This document shows, piece after piece, positions 47,005 through 57,155 of a stretch of 64,000 nucleotides of DNA (the stretch's first letter is position 1; the number at the start of each line of letters is the position of its first letter). The position numbers were made by a program, and so were the translations under genes. A model generated the notes under the pieces. That model saw only the letters and a program-made list of their open reading frames with translations, made no database searches and was not told the DNA's origin. The stretch comes from a virus (Duplodnaviria > Caudoviricetes): positions 84,057 through 148,056 of IMG/VR virus record IMGVR_UViG_3300030376_006203. One strand, given 5' to 3'.

Positions 47005-47010
47005 TATTTA
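47005..47010 (-). promoter_or_regulatory. late promoter core TAAATA
   Basis: Upstream of the 1299-aa gene. Confidence 0.5.
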
Positions 47011-47111
47011 ATTAAGTGTGCAGTTATTATAAAAGATATTTTAATGATTAACTACTCACTTAATTGTAAAAACGCACTAAAATAAACACCTTGCTTTTTT
47101 TAAATAACACT

Positions 47112-47528
47112 ATGAAAACATTGGTTGCTTTTATCCTATTGTGGATTGGTGCTGAAACAGATTACAACACTAACATACCTCATCCTAAAATTCTATTGGT
47201 GCCTGAAAGCACTCTAGTAAAAATGCACTATGGCAATCAGAAAGCAGAAGACACTGTTCATGCCTTGTACAACACAGAGAACAACACCATATATCTCAAA
47301 GACACTTTCAATCAATACAAAGTCTTTGACAAAGGTGTGCTGATGCATGAAATCATGCATTACGTTCATGACATGAATGGAGCAGTGGGAACCAAGTTTG
47401 ATTGTATGGCACAATCTGAAGCAGAAATATATCCACTTCAAAAGAAATATCTAATAGAAGTTCACGGGGTCAAATGGGAATACGATCCTATGTGGCTTAA
47501 AATTATAAGCAGTTGCGATAAGCCTTAA
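47112..47528 (+). CDS. secreted HExxH protein
   Basis: Hydrophobic N-terminus, ALYN..NNTIYL, LMHEIMHY, EAEIY; TAAATA at 47101. Confidence 0.7.
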   Translation: MKTLVAFILLWIGAETDYNTNIPHPKILLVPESTLVKMHYGNQKAEDTVHALYNTENNTIYLKDTFNQYKVFDKGVLMHEIMHYVHDMNGAVGTKFDCMAQSEAEIYPLQKKYLIEVHGVKWEYDPMWLKIISSCDKP

Positions 47529-47758
47529 TTGATTGTTCTAGGCTGTTGTCTGGCTTTGAATTGATTCTGCATATCTAATTCTTCATCAATTCTTTTTTTG
47601 AAATACTCTATTACTATTTGATTTTTCCAATATTGTCTTTGATCTATTGGATCTTTTGATTCTTGTAATGGGCCGTTTTGCTGATTCAAAAAATCTATTT
47701 CTTCTTGATACAAATCAACAAGATTGATTTCTTCCATATGATCATAGTTCTGATGCAT
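47525..47758 (-). CDS. hypothetical protein
   Basis: 77-aa ORF. Confidence 0.6.
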   Translation of the reverse strand: MHQNYDHMEEINLVDLYQEEIDFLNQQNGPLQESKDPIDQRQYWKNQIVIEYFKKRIDEELDMQNQFKARQQPRTIN

Positions 47759-47766
47759 ACAAATAT

Positions 47767-48429
47767 TTATATATTTGTGATATTTTGTAAACCTAATTGA
47801 GATCTTCCACCTTGATCAAATTTACCAAAAGCAAATAGATTAAAAGCAATACAATATCTTTCTGTGTTGCTTTTACTAGGATTGACACTGTGTGATAATG
47901 TTGAAGGAAAAATGACCATCATGTTGTTTTGTGGAGGTATCGCAAATGCTTCTGAATTACAAATGTTAAAATTTTTATTTTTGTATGGCACATTCACTGT
48001 GGGTGTTAAGACATTATAGTTTGTTTTTTCTTTGTGAAATACAATTTCGCCACTGTCTTGTTCTGTTTGTAGATAGTACACAGCACTGAACATACTGCCT
48101 GAATGCGAATGAGCACCGCTTTCGTCACCTTTGATATGTTTTACACTCCAACTGTTTGTGATATCGAACTTGGCTTTAGACTCATCTATATCTAATACTT
48201 CGTGTAGAAAGTGTTCACATTTATGTAAAAGTTTTTGTTTTAAATTTTTAAGTTCTGGCTTGTCTAACAAAAATTTATCCATAGAACCAAAGCCATTGTC
48301 AGCGGCAAATCTTTCATACTCTTGTGACTTAACAAAATTAAATTCTTCATCAGTCACACCTGGTTCTATCACAGTTTGATACAAAGGTATTCCGAACAAA
48401 GGAATCATATTGAAGTTTTTATCAGTCAT
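47767..48429 (-). CDS. 2OG-Fe(II) oxygenase (TIGR02466-like)
   Basis: HSHSGSMFSAVYY, IFPSTLSHSV, RYCIAFN. Confidence 0.85.
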   Translation of the reverse strand: MTDKNFNMIPLFGIPLYQTVIEPGVTDEEFNFVKSQEYERFAADNGFGSMDKFLLDKPELKNLKQKLLHKCEHFLHEVLDIDESKAKFDITNSWSVKHIKGDESGAHSHSGSMFSAVYYLQTEQDSGEIVFHKEKTNYNVLTPTVNVPYKNKNFNICNSEAFAIPPQNNMMVIFPSTLSHSVNPSKSNTERYCIAFNLFAFGKFDQGGRSQLGLQNITNI

Positions 48430-48997
48430 TTTTAAATTTTATTATAAAGTTTAACACAATTCGAGTATGATTGTCAACAGGATTTGTGCTGGTATGATAC
48501 CAATCACTTTCAAACATCACGGCAGTATTCTTTTTTGGTGATGCTGTATCCTGTATTTGTAAATTATCAAAACCTTGATTGCCTTTTTTATCGAACATCA
48601 CAGTGTCTCCATCAGAGTCATTCACATAATATATCATACTATGCCATCCTTCTCGATCTCTATCCACGTGAGGACAGTTCATAATGGCTTTACCACTATT
48701 GTTCTGCGTCAATAGGTTTGCTTTTATTCTGCCTATTTCTACAATTTCTTTATCAAGACTGTTTAGGATTGGTTCAACCAGATTCCAATAAGGACTTAAT
48801 GGTTGTTGATCATACAACAAATGTATGAATTGTCCAGACTCATACAAGTCAAACGAATTTGATTCGCTCACTACTTGTTTAACTTCTGGTGGTACTGTGC
48901 CTGGCAGATAATGCCAATCAAATTTAAACGATGTAAATGTGTCGTATAGTTGATTGTATTCTGCTTCTGGTAATATATTTTCTATTCGTTTGAACAC
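48422..48997 (-). CDS. 2OG-Fe(II) oxygenase
   Basis: RIKANL, PHVD, IYYVNDSDGDT, HTS, RIVLNF. Confidence 0.85.
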   Translation of the reverse strand: MFKRIENILPEAEYNQLYDTFTSFKFDWHYLPGTVPPEVKQVVSESNSFDLYESGQFIHLLYDQQPLSPYWNLVEPILNSLDKEIVEIGRIKANLLTQNNSGKAIMNCPHVDRDREGWHSMIYYVNDSDGDTVMFDKKGNQGFDNLQIQDTASPKKNTAVMFESDWYHTSTNPVDNHTRIVLNFIIKFKND

Positions 48998-49000
48998 ATA

Positions 49001-49414
49001 TTATTTTAGCCAGCCGATCTTCTTGCCTGCTTTTACTCTGGCTTGATGCTCTTCTACTGTGCTTGGAAAACGCCATGCCCATACAGCCACTAATGCCATA
49101 AAGATTCCTGACCATAACACTGCCTTCATATTGCCAGTGAAGTACCAAGTGAACACAAGAGTTGATGACATAACTGCCACCATTGCGTACTTGCCTTTGA
49201 GTGGGAATACTTTTTTCTGTGTCCAGTTTGTTAAGAACTTACCGAACCATGGATGGTTGTATAACCAACGTTCCATCTTCTTGTTTGACTTTGCGAAACA
49301 ATAAGCCGAGAACACAAGGAATATACTGAACGGTATTCCTGGTGTAATGAAGCCTATGTATGCTATGGCTAAACTTAAGAATCCTAAAGCCATAAAAATG
49401 TATTTTTTAATCAT
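49001..49414 (-). CDS. YbaN/DUF454 inner membrane protein
   Basis: GFITPGIP...AYCFAKS...[14 protein letters not shown]...PLKGK. Confidence 0.85.
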   Translation of the reverse strand: MIKKYIFMALGFLSLAIAYIGFITPGIPFSIFLVFSAYCFAKSNKKMERWLYNHPWFGKFLTNWTQKKVFPLKGKYAMVAVMSSTLVFTWYFTGNMKAVLWSGIFMALVAVWAWRFPSTVEEHQARVKAGKKIGWLK

Positions 49415-50597
49415 GATATACCTCGTTTAATTTATCTGCTAAATCACTTATCATTGCGTCAGTGTGCATTGGCGTAGGAGCAAATCTTAATCTCTCTGTG
49501 CCTTTTTCAACTGTTGGATAATTGATTGGTTGAACATAAATGTCATGATCAAATAATAATGTGTCGCTAATCTTTTTACACTTTATTGGGTCTCTAACCA
49601 TAACCGGAACCAAATGTGTTTCATTTGGATACACTTCAATATTATAATCTTTTAATAATGTTTTTAGTTCCATTGCTTTTTCTTGATGCTGAAGTCTCAA
49701 TTGTTTTCCACCATCATCTTTCAAATACTTAACACTTGCCAACGCACCAGCACAAATAACTGGCGGAATGCTTGTTGTGAATATAAAGCCGGGCGATATA
49801 CTTCTAATGGCATCAACAATCTCTTTGTCGCCTGCGATGTATCCGCCATGCAGTCCAACCGCCTTACTGAAACTGCCGCTTATTAAATCTACTCTGTCTT
49901 GTAGGCCAATTTTTTCTAACCAACCTGCACCAGTTTCTCCATACAATCCAACGGCATGAACTTCATCAATATAAGTTATTGCTTTGTATTTGTCTGCTAA
50001 ATCCAAAATTTCTTTTATAGTTGCCACGTCACCTTCCATGCTGTATACAGATTCAAATATTAAACAAGGTGTGCCTTTAACTGCCTTAAGTTTATCTTCA
50101 AGGTCTTCCATATCATTATGTTTGAATAAATGTTTCTTGGCTTTGCTTTTTAATATACCTTGTATCAGTGATGCGTGATTGTTATCGTCACTCACAAATT
50201 CTATGTCGTTTATAATTTTAGTTAAAGATATTAAAGTCCATTCGTTGGCAACAAATGCTGATGTATGTATCAAGGCAGATTCTTTTTTGTGCCAGTTAGC
50301 GATTTCCATTTCTAAAGCAACGTGATAATGTGTTGTGCCTGAAATGTTTCTTGTACCTCCTGAACCTGCACCTGAGGCATCAAGAGCAGTGTGCATGGCA
50401 TCAAGAACAACTTTGTGTTGGCCCATGCCAAGATAATCATTGCTACACCAATTGATAACATTTTTTATTCCGTACTTGCTGTACCATATAGTTTTAGGAA
50501 AGTTGCCTGCTTCACGAAGCACATCGTTGAACACACGATAGTTTCCTGCTTCTTTCAAGGCATCGGTTATTTTAATGAAAGGTTCTTTGGATATCAT
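49407..50597 (-). CDS. hemA: 5-aminolevulinate synthase
   Basis: [48 protein letters not shown]-Lys in [30 protein letters not shown]. Confidence 0.93.
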   Translation of the reverse strand: MISKEPFIKITDALKEAGNYRVFNDVLREAGNFPKTIWYSKYGIKNVINWCSNDYLGMGQHKVVLDAMHTALDASGAGSGGTRNISGTTHYHVALEMEIANWHKKESALIHTSAFVANEWTLISLTKIINDIEFVSDDNNHASLIQGILKSKAKKHLFKHNDMEDLEDKLKAVKGTPCLIFESVYSMEGDVATIKEILDLADKYKAITYIDEVHAVGLYGETGAGWLEKIGLQDRVDLISGSFSKAVGLHGGYIAGDKEIVDAIRSISPGFIFTTSIPPVICAGALASVKYLKDDGGKQLRLQHQEKAMELKTLLKDYNIEVYPNETHLVPVMVRDPIKCKKISDTLLFDHDIYVQPINYPTVEKGTERLRFAPTPMHTDAMISDLADKLNEVYHD

Positions 50598-50625
50598 GTA
50601 TGTATTTATTAAATACGCAGTTAAT

Positions 50626-51165
50626 TTAGATGTACTTGTCTATGATTTGTTTGCTACAAATCTGAACTGCCTTCTCGTAAATCTGTTCCACAGGAGTGTT
50701 TAACAGTAATTCTTTAGATGGTTCAGCAGTCATCCAACACTTACTGTTGATTTCACCTTCGAGTTGTCCTGGTGACCACACACTTAATCCGCTAAAACAT
50801 CTCCATTGACTTGGTTCATCTTCTTCATGAAGTTTTTTCAACATCTGAGCGTCGCTGGTTAAACTGAATCCATTGCCTAATTTTAATGTATTTCTACAAC
50901 TCCACTCGTCTGTGTGTAGTAATAAAATACTTTCTTGATTTACAGGCCCACCTTGATACACAAGGTCCTGCATATTAACTGTTTTAAATCCTTTTACTTC
51001 TAAAATTTTTTTAAGTTTAGTTCTTGTGGGTTTGTTAATGACTAATCCTGCCACGTGTTGAGCAGACTCTTCATATAAGAATACAACACTTCTATCAAAA
51101 GAAGAATCGCTTCTCATTTTAGGAGTTGATATCAATATTTTATTTTGCCAAATTGGATTTATCAT
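50626..51165 (-). CDS. YqgE/AlgH (DUF179) family protein
   Basis: [33 protein letters not shown]. Confidence 0.88.
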   Translation of the reverse strand: MINPIWQNKILISTPKMRSDSSFDRSVVFLYEESAQHVAGLVINKPTRTKLKKILEVKGFKTVNMQDLVYQGGPVNQESILLLHTDEWSCRNTLKLGNGFSLTSDAQMLKKLHEEDEPSQWRCFSGLSVWSPGQLEGEINSKCWMTAEPSKELLLNTPVEQIYEKAVQICSKQIIDKYI

Positions 51166-51398
51166 TTGCTGTACAATGGTAATGGTCCACCATAAGGTTT
51201 TCCTTTGATTTTCTTTCCTGAAACATAAACTCTTTTCTTTCCTATTTTGTAGGATTTCTTTCCAGAACGTTTTCTATAACCTTGACTCTTACAACTTGCC
51301 AACTGACTGGCACCTAATGCGTGGTCAGGTTTCTTGCTTTTACACAATGCTTTGCTGGCAGGGCCTGCCTCATAAACTATTACATCTTGTACTTTCAT
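51162..51398 (-). CDS. small basic protein (MKVQDVIVYE N-terminus)
   Basis: LGASQLASCKSQG...YGGPLP; TAAATA upstream. Confidence 0.65.
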   Translation of the reverse strand: MKVQDVIVYEAGPASKALCKSKKPDHALGASQLASCKSQGYRKRSGKKSYKIGKKRVYVSGKKIKGKPYGGPLPLYSK

Positions 51399-51406
51399 AA
51401 AAATAT

Positions 51407-51616
51407 TTAGCGATATTTGTCCGCTGGATCTCCTGTCTGAACCTCTGGCATCATCTTAAATGTTAGCACTTTTCTAGTACCTCTAGTGGTATTAATGACC
51501 ACATCGCCTGATTTTTCAAAGTGTTCTATCTTTGTAATGGTTGCTTTTTCTTGTTTGTGACCAACTAGTATCTCTTGACCTAGTGCTAGATTGATCTGAA
51601 TGGATTTTAAGTTCAT
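51407..51616 (-). CDS. hypothetical protein
   Basis: GGAG SD and TAAATA upstream. Confidence 0.65.
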   Translation of the reverse strand: MNLKSIQINLALGQEILVGHKQEKATITKIEHFEKSGDVVINTTRGTRKVLTFKMMPEVQTGDPADKYR

Positions 51617-51650
51617 ATGAATACTCCATTAGATTGTGTGATAAAAATAT

Positions 51651-52115
51651 TTATCTTGCTAGGATCTTGTCCATAGCCTCAACAATTTCTGTGGATGTGT
51701 AATTGTGTGTGGGCATGGGTCTTGCTGGAGGGGTGTAATCTAGTTCTTGTAAACCGTGTTCTCTATCGATGTATTTCCAATCTACTCTACCTATATCAAA
51801 CTGTTGTAACCATTCAAACACTTTGTTAGGATTAAATGCTCCACAAGTGTACACATCAAGTTGTATAATACCAGGTGTGGTTTCGTCCCAACTATGTAAT
51901 ACAATGTGGCTGGTTTCTATAATTGCGGCAACGGTCAATCCTCTGTTGCCTTCCATTTCAACATACTTGGCAAAAGGACCCATTAGCAGTTTCATATCGA
52001 TACGTTTAATTAAGTCCGCAAGTGAATTTATAGCAAATGTTTCATCCTTGGGAGGATTGTTTGCTTCTGCTCTTATTATAATGTGTTTGTGTTCTAATAG
52101 TTTTGTCATATTCAA
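51651..52115 (-). CDS. speD: pyruvoyl-dependent decarboxylase proenzyme, SpeD (AdoMetDC) family
   Basis: IIETSHIVLHSW and QLDVYTCG. Confidence 0.85.
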   Translation of the reverse strand: MNMTKLLEHKHIIIRAEANNPPKDETFAINSLADLIKRIDMKLLMGPFAKYVEMEGNRGLTVAAIIETSHIVLHSWDETTPGIIQLDVYTCGAFNPNKVFEWLQQFDIGRVDWKYIDREHGLQELDYTPPARPMPTHNYTSTEIVEAMDKILAR

Positions 52116-52158
52116 TCTTTATTTATGAAAAGCCAATAAAACTAGCACTTTATAACCA

Positions 52159-52187
52159 TTGACATTTCGGTTGTTTTGTTGTAATAT
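52159..52187 (+). promoter_or_regulatory. sigma70-type early promoter at the strand switch
   Basis: TTGACA-N17-TAATAT; ATG 5 nt downstream. Confidence 0.7.
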
Positions 52188-52192
52188 AAAGT

Positions 52193-52423
52193 ATGAATAG
52201 AATATTGTCAACAATTATTTTGTTAGTCCTTCTACAAGGATGTTCTGCCACAATGGGAGAATGGCAACAAGGTGCTAAGGCACCAGGCTACAAGGCTCAT
52301 GATGTATGTTTTGTTTGTGGAGAGCAAATAAAATTTTATAAGAATGAACCTTACAGTTGGTCAAAGTTTGTAGAAGAAACAGATTATTACAACAACACAG
52401 ACACAGTTAAACTTCCTTGGTAA
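52193..52423 (+). CDS. small lipoprotein
   Basis: Lipobox LQGC; CFVC. Confidence 0.65.
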   Translation: MNRILSTIILLVLLQGCSATMGEWQQGAKAPGYKAHDVCFVCGEQIKFYKNEPYSWSKFVEETDYYNNTDTVKLPW

Positions 52424-52456
52424 CAAAAAGCCAATGAAATAGCGGTTTCTGTGCGG

Positions 52457-52486
52457 TTGACGGGTAGTACCAAAATATGTTATAAT
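52457..52486 (+). promoter_or_regulatory. sigma70-type early promoter
   Basis: TTGACG-N18-TATAAT, then AAGGAGG SD. Confidence 0.7.
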
Positions 52487-52507
52487 GTTTGTAATTAAGG
52501 AGGACAA

Positions 52508-52681
52508 ATGTTTATAGAACAAAACAAAGAACAGATTGCTAATTTAGAGCGTCAAAAAATAGCAATTAAAGACCAATTAGAGTTTGAAACCAAAACTAAA
52601 AGAATTATTGAGTTGGATGAACAACTATATGAGATTGAAGATACAATCAAAAAATTAACTAAAGGAAGTAGGGCAGTATGA
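52508..52681 (+). CDS. small coiled-coil protein, 57 aa
   Basis: Manual translation MFIEQNKEQIANLERQK...; strong SD. Confidence 0.65.
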   Translation: MFIEQNKEQIANLERQKIAIKDQLEFETKTKRIIELDEQLYEIEDTIKKLTKGSRAV

Positions 52682-52953
52682 TTCAATTAGAAACAAGAAA
52701 CGGATTAATGGTTAAAAGTTTAGAAACATTGTATGAAGAATACATTGACCAATATCTACAAGGTAATTTTACACATGGATATTGTGATTGGAATGGTGAT
52801 GATGCTTTAATGAGTCCAGATATGTTTGGCTCCAAGTTTGGCGAATATTGTGCGAGACTAGGTTACGACGAATCAGAATATAGTGGCTTTAAAGCAGAAC
52901 TAATAGAATGGTGCAGAGAACATCTTGCTCATTTAGAAAGTAAATTTGCGTAA
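52678..52953 (+). CDS. hypothetical protein
   Basis: ATGA overlap with the upstream gene. Confidence 0.65.
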   Translation: MIQLETRNGLMVKSLETLYEEYIDQYLQGNFTHGYCDWNGDDALMSPDMFGSKFGEYCARLGYDESEYSGFKAELIEWCREHLAHLESKFA

Positions 52954-53077
52954 TGAAAAAACAAAAAGAATATAAACTAACCAAGAAAGATTGGATTGAA
53001 ATATTAGAGTTTTGGCCCTTGTCTATTGTGACTCCTGCCATGATACTTTTAATATTATTTGGTCCATACATAATGAG

Positions 53078-53263
53078 ATGAATGAAATATTAATATTTGT
53101 TCTGTTTATCAGTGCTATAATTTTTATAAGTTTTAGACTAGGTAAAGAACGTGGTACAATGTTAGCCAGCGAAAGAGCAGTAGACATAATGATCGCAATG
53201 GGCTATCTTAAAGAAAAAACAAACGGTGAAATAGAAAAGGTAGATAATGAAAAATCTAATTGA
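53078..53263 (+). CDS. small membrane protein
   Basis: Start MNEILIF; N-terminal TM. Confidence 0.55.
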   Translation: MNEILIFVLFISAIIFISFRLGKERGTMLASERAVDIMIAMGYLKEKTNGEIEKVDNEKSN

Positions 53264-53523
53264 TCCAAAAAATCCACACACAGTAGGCAAAAGTGCTTGG
53301 AACTTAGGTAACCATACACTTGTGATAATGTTTATTGCGGCTATTGTGTTTGTGGTTTATGCGAGTTATTAATGAATAGATTAGCAAAAATATTTGAACC
53401 AAGCAAAGAACGTTTAATGAAGAACGCAAGAACAATGATGCTTAACGCACAAGACCCGTGGTTCAAATCATATTGGGAGAAGGTGTACAAGCATCTATTA
53501 AAAGAATATGGGAGGTTAAACTA

Positions 53524-53742
53524 ATGTCAGAAGATATATTAGGGTATTCATCACACGATTGGAGAAAAAATACAGATGATGCTATCGTTATAGATGAAAA
53601 AAATATGAATTATGCGAAAGTAAACGATTGTAAAGTAAGTTTTAAAAATCCTAGAACTTTACAAAAAGAAGAAGTTGATCTATCTAGATTGATTAGAGTA
53701 TTCGTAAACAATTTTGAGAGCCATAAAAGGAGTGTAAAATAA
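53524..53742 (+). CDS. hypothetical protein
   Basis: Start MSEDILG after GGAGG. Confidence 0.6.
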   Translation: MSEDILGYSSHDWRKNTDDAIVIDEKNMNYAKVNDCKVSFKNPRTLQKEEVDLSRLIRVFVNNFESHKRSVK

Positions 53743-53890
53743 TGGAGATGTTGCTTTTATCTTTGTTTATTATATTAACAGGTTTGGCTATTGCTTATGC
53801 TGGTGAAATATATCTTTACCTCAGTCTAGTATTTGGTTCAACAATAAAAGATATACAAAACAAAATAAAAACATTAATTGGTAAAAAATA

Positions 53891-54142
53891 ATGTCGGACA
53901 AGAAAAACAAATTAATTTCAGAACAACACGAAGAATTGTACGCAGAAATTTTTGAGCAGATGGTTGAAAAAGGAATAGACAATGATCATCAGATGGTTGC
54001 AAGTGTGTATCTTGCTTTGGGATTAAAGATGTATCGTTCTTGTTTGCCAAAAGAAGATTTTCAAAGACTGTTGGACGATGTGTGTTCATCAGCAGTTGAT
54101 ATTGAACCATTTCAAAAAGAAAAGAAAGAGATATTACACTGA
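53891..54142 (+). CDS. hypothetical protein
   Basis: 83-aa ORF. Confidence 0.6.
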   Translation: MSDKKNKLISEQHEELYAEIFEQMVEKGIDNDHQMVASVYLALGLKMYRSCLPKEDFQRLLDDVCSSAVDIEPFQKEKKEILH

Positions 54143-54333
54143 TGGTTAAAAGACTTACCAAAAAAAAATTAATAGACATCTTGAAAGGACCACATAAAGA
54201 ACGTGTGGTTCAAGCATATCAAGATATAGCAGATTGTATTAGAAGTGATCAGGTTCCTGCTAGTGATGTGGCAAAGTTCTTTTCAAATAAAGACTTTTAT
54301 AAATGGTACAAAAAGAAATACTTGACTTATTAA
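54142..54333 (+). CDS. hypothetical protein
   Basis: YQDIADCIRSDQVP motif. Confidence 0.6.
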   Translation: MVKRLTKKKLIDILKGPHKERVVQAYQDIADCIRSDQVPASDVAKFFSNKDFYKWYKKKYLTY

Positions 54334-54377
54334 CAATATGAATGTAAAATTAACAAAAGGCAACAAAAGGAAGGCAT

Positions 54378-54509
54378 ATGATTAAAGGCATAGTGATTGG
54401 TGCAGTTGGTATGTACATTTACCTTGTACAACCGGAGTGGGCATCAACTATTATTGATTATACAACTAATCTGTATAATTCGATAATCGAGACAGCACAA
54501 AACGGATAA
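54378..54509 (+). CDS. small membrane protein, 43 aa
   Basis: Manual translation MIKGIVIGAVGMYIYLVQPEWASTII...; promoter TTGACT...TAAAAT upstream. Confidence 0.5.
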   Translation: MIKGIVIGAVGMYIYLVQPEWASTIIDYTTNLYNSIIETAQNG

Positions 54510-54542
54510 CTTAACTGTTGCGTTCTGTCATAGAAAGGAACA

Positions 54543-54800
54543 ATGAATAGAACAAAAACTGTTAAACCTAAAATCGTAGAACTCAGTTCTGAAGACAAAG
54601 CCAAGCAACGAAAGAAATTGATGGCAGAGTTTTTGGCAAAGGGTGGCAAGATTGAAAAGGTTCCTTACGGAGTGACCAATCAAGAAATGGGATCTCCTAA
54701 TCAAAACGCAGGCTGGATCCCTCCACAAACCATAACCCCTAAAACTTGGCGTACTAGGAAGACCAAAGCAAAAGCCAAGAAAAAGAAATCCAAGAAATAA
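54543..54800 (+). CDS. SutA-like (EFLAKGGKI) basic protein
   Basis: MAEFLAKGGKIEKV motif. Confidence 0.65.
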   Translation: MNRTKTVKPKIVELSSEDKAKQRKKLMAEFLAKGGKIEKVPYGVTNQEMGSPNQNAGWIPPQTITPKTWRTRKTKAKAKKKKSKK

Positions 54801-54827
54801 TTTACTATTTCGGTAAATACTTTTATC

Positions 54828-55202
54828 ATGCTAAAATTATTATGGAGCACCTTAACCGCTCTGTTATTCTTAACTGTGACACTGACAGCACAACAACCAA
54901 CACAAGATCCGCAGTTGGAACAACCAGCATTGCCACCACTGGGCGGTGTATATGGTTGGCAAAGTATGCCTATGATTTGTGCTCCAGGTAATACCATTCA
55001 TAACGATTTGACAGCAAAAGGATTTGTACCTGTGAATATGAGTTTGGGTAGAAAGAATGCTGATCCGAACGGCGAACCTGTGTTTATGGTAACCTATTAT
55101 ATCAGCATGGATGGAAACAGCACAGCCGCAACAATGAACATACCCACCAGCACAGACACTTGTTTGTTATTTGTTAGCCACGATTTGGTTATTGTAGATT
55201 AA
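54828..55202 (+). CDS. secreted hypothetical protein
   Basis: Signal peptide; two Cys; TAAATA upstream. Confidence 0.65.
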   Translation: MLKLLWSTLTALLFLTVTLTAQQPTQDPQLEQPALPPLGGVYGWQSMPMICAPGNTIHNDLTAKGFVPVNMSLGRKNADPNGEPVFMVTYYISMDGNSTAATMNIPTSTDTCLLFVSHDLVIVD

Positions 55203-55221
55203 TCTCACATAAACAATTGGT

Positions 55222-55413
55222 ATGAGACCTTTCGAATACCCAGTCAAAATCTATCTAATGTACGTTACAGATGATACTTGTTTCAAAGTGTATGCGATGG
55301 ACCTTAAAGATGCGTATGAAACTTTGTTAGAAAATGAGTCCACTCTGACAGTGCATGATATCCAATTTGTTGAAGAACACAAATGTGCCAGTGTACAGGA
55401 ATCTATTCACTAA
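55222..55413 (+). CDS. hypothetical protein
   Basis: 63-aa ORF. Confidence 0.55.
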   Translation: MRPFEYPVKIYLMYVTDDTCFKVYAMDLKDAYETLLENESTLTVHDIQFVEEHKCASVQESIH

Positions 55414-55429
55414 AAATATTCACGAACCA

Positions 55430-55460
55430 CTTGACAAAACAATAAAAATGCTTATATAAT
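55430..55460 (+). promoter_or_regulatory. overlapping sigma70 / alpha-RpoH-like promoter of groEL
   Basis: CTTG-N17-CTTATAT and TTGACA-N18-TATAAT. Confidence 0.6.
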
Positions 55461-55489
55461 AGCATAGTATTAAAGGAGTATAAAAAAAT

Positions 55490-57142
55490 ATGGCTATAAA
55501 CGGTAAAACGAAACAAGTAGAATTTGGTTCTCGTAGCAGAGCAAAATTAATACAAGGGGTAGATGTTCTAGCAAATGCTGTAAGAACAACCTTAGGACCA
55601 AAAGGTAGAAACGTAGTGCTTCAAAGAACTTGGGGAGCACCTGCTGTAACCAAAGATGGTGTCACAGTTGCTAAAGAAATTTTATTGAAAGACGACCTAG
55701 CGAACATGGGTGCCCAGATGGTCAAGGAAGTGGCAAGCAAAACCAACGATGAAGCAGGTGATGGTACGACCACTGCCACAGTTTTGGCACAGGCAATTGT
55801 CAAAGAAGGCGCCAAATATGTCACGGCCGGAATGAATCCAATGGATTTAAAAAGAGGAATGGACAAAGCCACAGATGCCGTTATAGAACAATTAACAAAT
55901 ATTTCTAAACAATGTAAGACTCAAAACGAAATACAACAAGTTGGAACTATTTCAGCAAACTCAGATGAAGCAATAGGTTCTATGATTGCTGAAGCAATGG
56001 ATAAGGTTGGCAAAGAAGGAGTCATCACTGTTGAAAAAGGTAAGACTTTAAAGAATGAATTAGAAGTTGTTGAAGGATTACAATTTGACAGAGGTTTTAT
56101 GAGTCCGTATTTTATAAACAATCCAGAAAAACAGATTGTTGAATTAGAAGATGTTTACATCATACTGACAGGAAAACATATTAGAACAATCCAAGAGATA
56201 GTGCCAATACTAGAAGAACTTGCCAAAAAGAATAAGCCATTTCTTTTAGTTTGTGAAGATGCTGAAGGAGAAGCATTGGCTACTCTAGTAATGAATAATG
56301 CCAAAGGCACAATTAGATGTGCTTCTGTTTGGGCTCCTGGTTACGGTAACAGTAGAAAAGCCATGCTACAAGATATGGCAATATTAACTGGCGGTGATGT
56401 TATATCAGAAGAAACAGGTTTAAGTTTAGAGAAAGCCAAATTAGAAAATCTTGGTCAAGCATCAAGAGTTATCATAGACAAAAGCACAACCACAATTATT
56501 GGTGGTAAAGGATTCAAATCTAAAATAGATGGCAGAATAGTTGAGATCAAAAAACAAATTGAATTGAGTGAAGGCGGTGATGACAAAAAGAAATTAGAAG
56601 AAAGATTAGCCAAGTTGACCGGTGGAGTTGCTGTCATAAGAGTTGGAGCCGCAACAGAAGTTGAAGTCAAAGAGAAAAAAGATAGAATAGACGATGCCTT
56701 GAATGCTACCAAAGCCGCTGTAGAAGATGGTATAGTGCCTGGTGGTGGAGTGGCATACCTTAGAGCCAAACAAAATATTGCTGACCTTAAAGGACACAAC
56801 GAAGATCAGACAGCAGGAGTGCAAATTGTGTTGAAAGCAATTGAATCTCCAGTGCGACAAATAGTAGCCAATGCTGGTGGATCACCAGATGTGGTAGTAA
56901 ATGAAATATTAAATGGCAAAAACAATTTTGGTTATGATGCTGGTAAAGGAGAATTTGGTGATATGATCAAATTAGGAATAATTGATCCTACCAAAGTTAC
57001 GAAGACTGCTCTATTGAATGCGTCAAGTATTGCTGGACTGTTGATTACAACAGAAGCATCAGTGTTTGATGAGCCAGAACCCCAAAAGAAAGACTGGGAT
57101 CCTGTAAGTGGTAACATGAAAGAGGGTGACTTTTACAGTTAG
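55490..57142 (+). CDS. groEL: chaperonin GroEL
   Basis: [53 protein letters not shown]. Confidence 0.97.
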   Translation: MAINGKTKQVEFGSRSRAKLIQGVDVLANAVRTTLGPKGRNVVLQRTWGAPAVTKDGVTVAKEILLKDDLANMGAQMVKEVASKTNDEAGDGTTTATVLAQAIVKEGAKYVTAGMNPMDLKRGMDKATDAVIEQLTNISKQCKTQNEIQQVGTISANSDEAIGSMIAEAMDKVGKEGVITVEKGKTLKNELEVVEGLQFDRGFMSPYFINNPEKQIVELEDVYIILTGKHIRTIQEIVPILEELAKKNKPFLLVCEDAEGEALATLVMNNAKGTIRCASVWAPGYGNSRKAMLQDMAILTGGDVISEETGLSLEKAKLENLGQASRVIIDKSTTTIIGGKGFKSKIDGRIVEIKKQIELSEGGDDKKKLEERLAKLTGGVAVIRVGAATEVEVKEKKDRIDDALNATKAAVEDGIVPGGGVAYLRAKQNIADLKGHNEDQTAGVQIVLKAIESPVRQIVANAGGSPDVVVNEILNGKNNFGYDAGKGEFGDMIKLGIIDPTKVTKTALLNASSIAGLLITTEASVFDEPEPQKKDWDPVSGNMKEGDFYS

Positions 57143-57155
57143 TTTACCAAAAACT

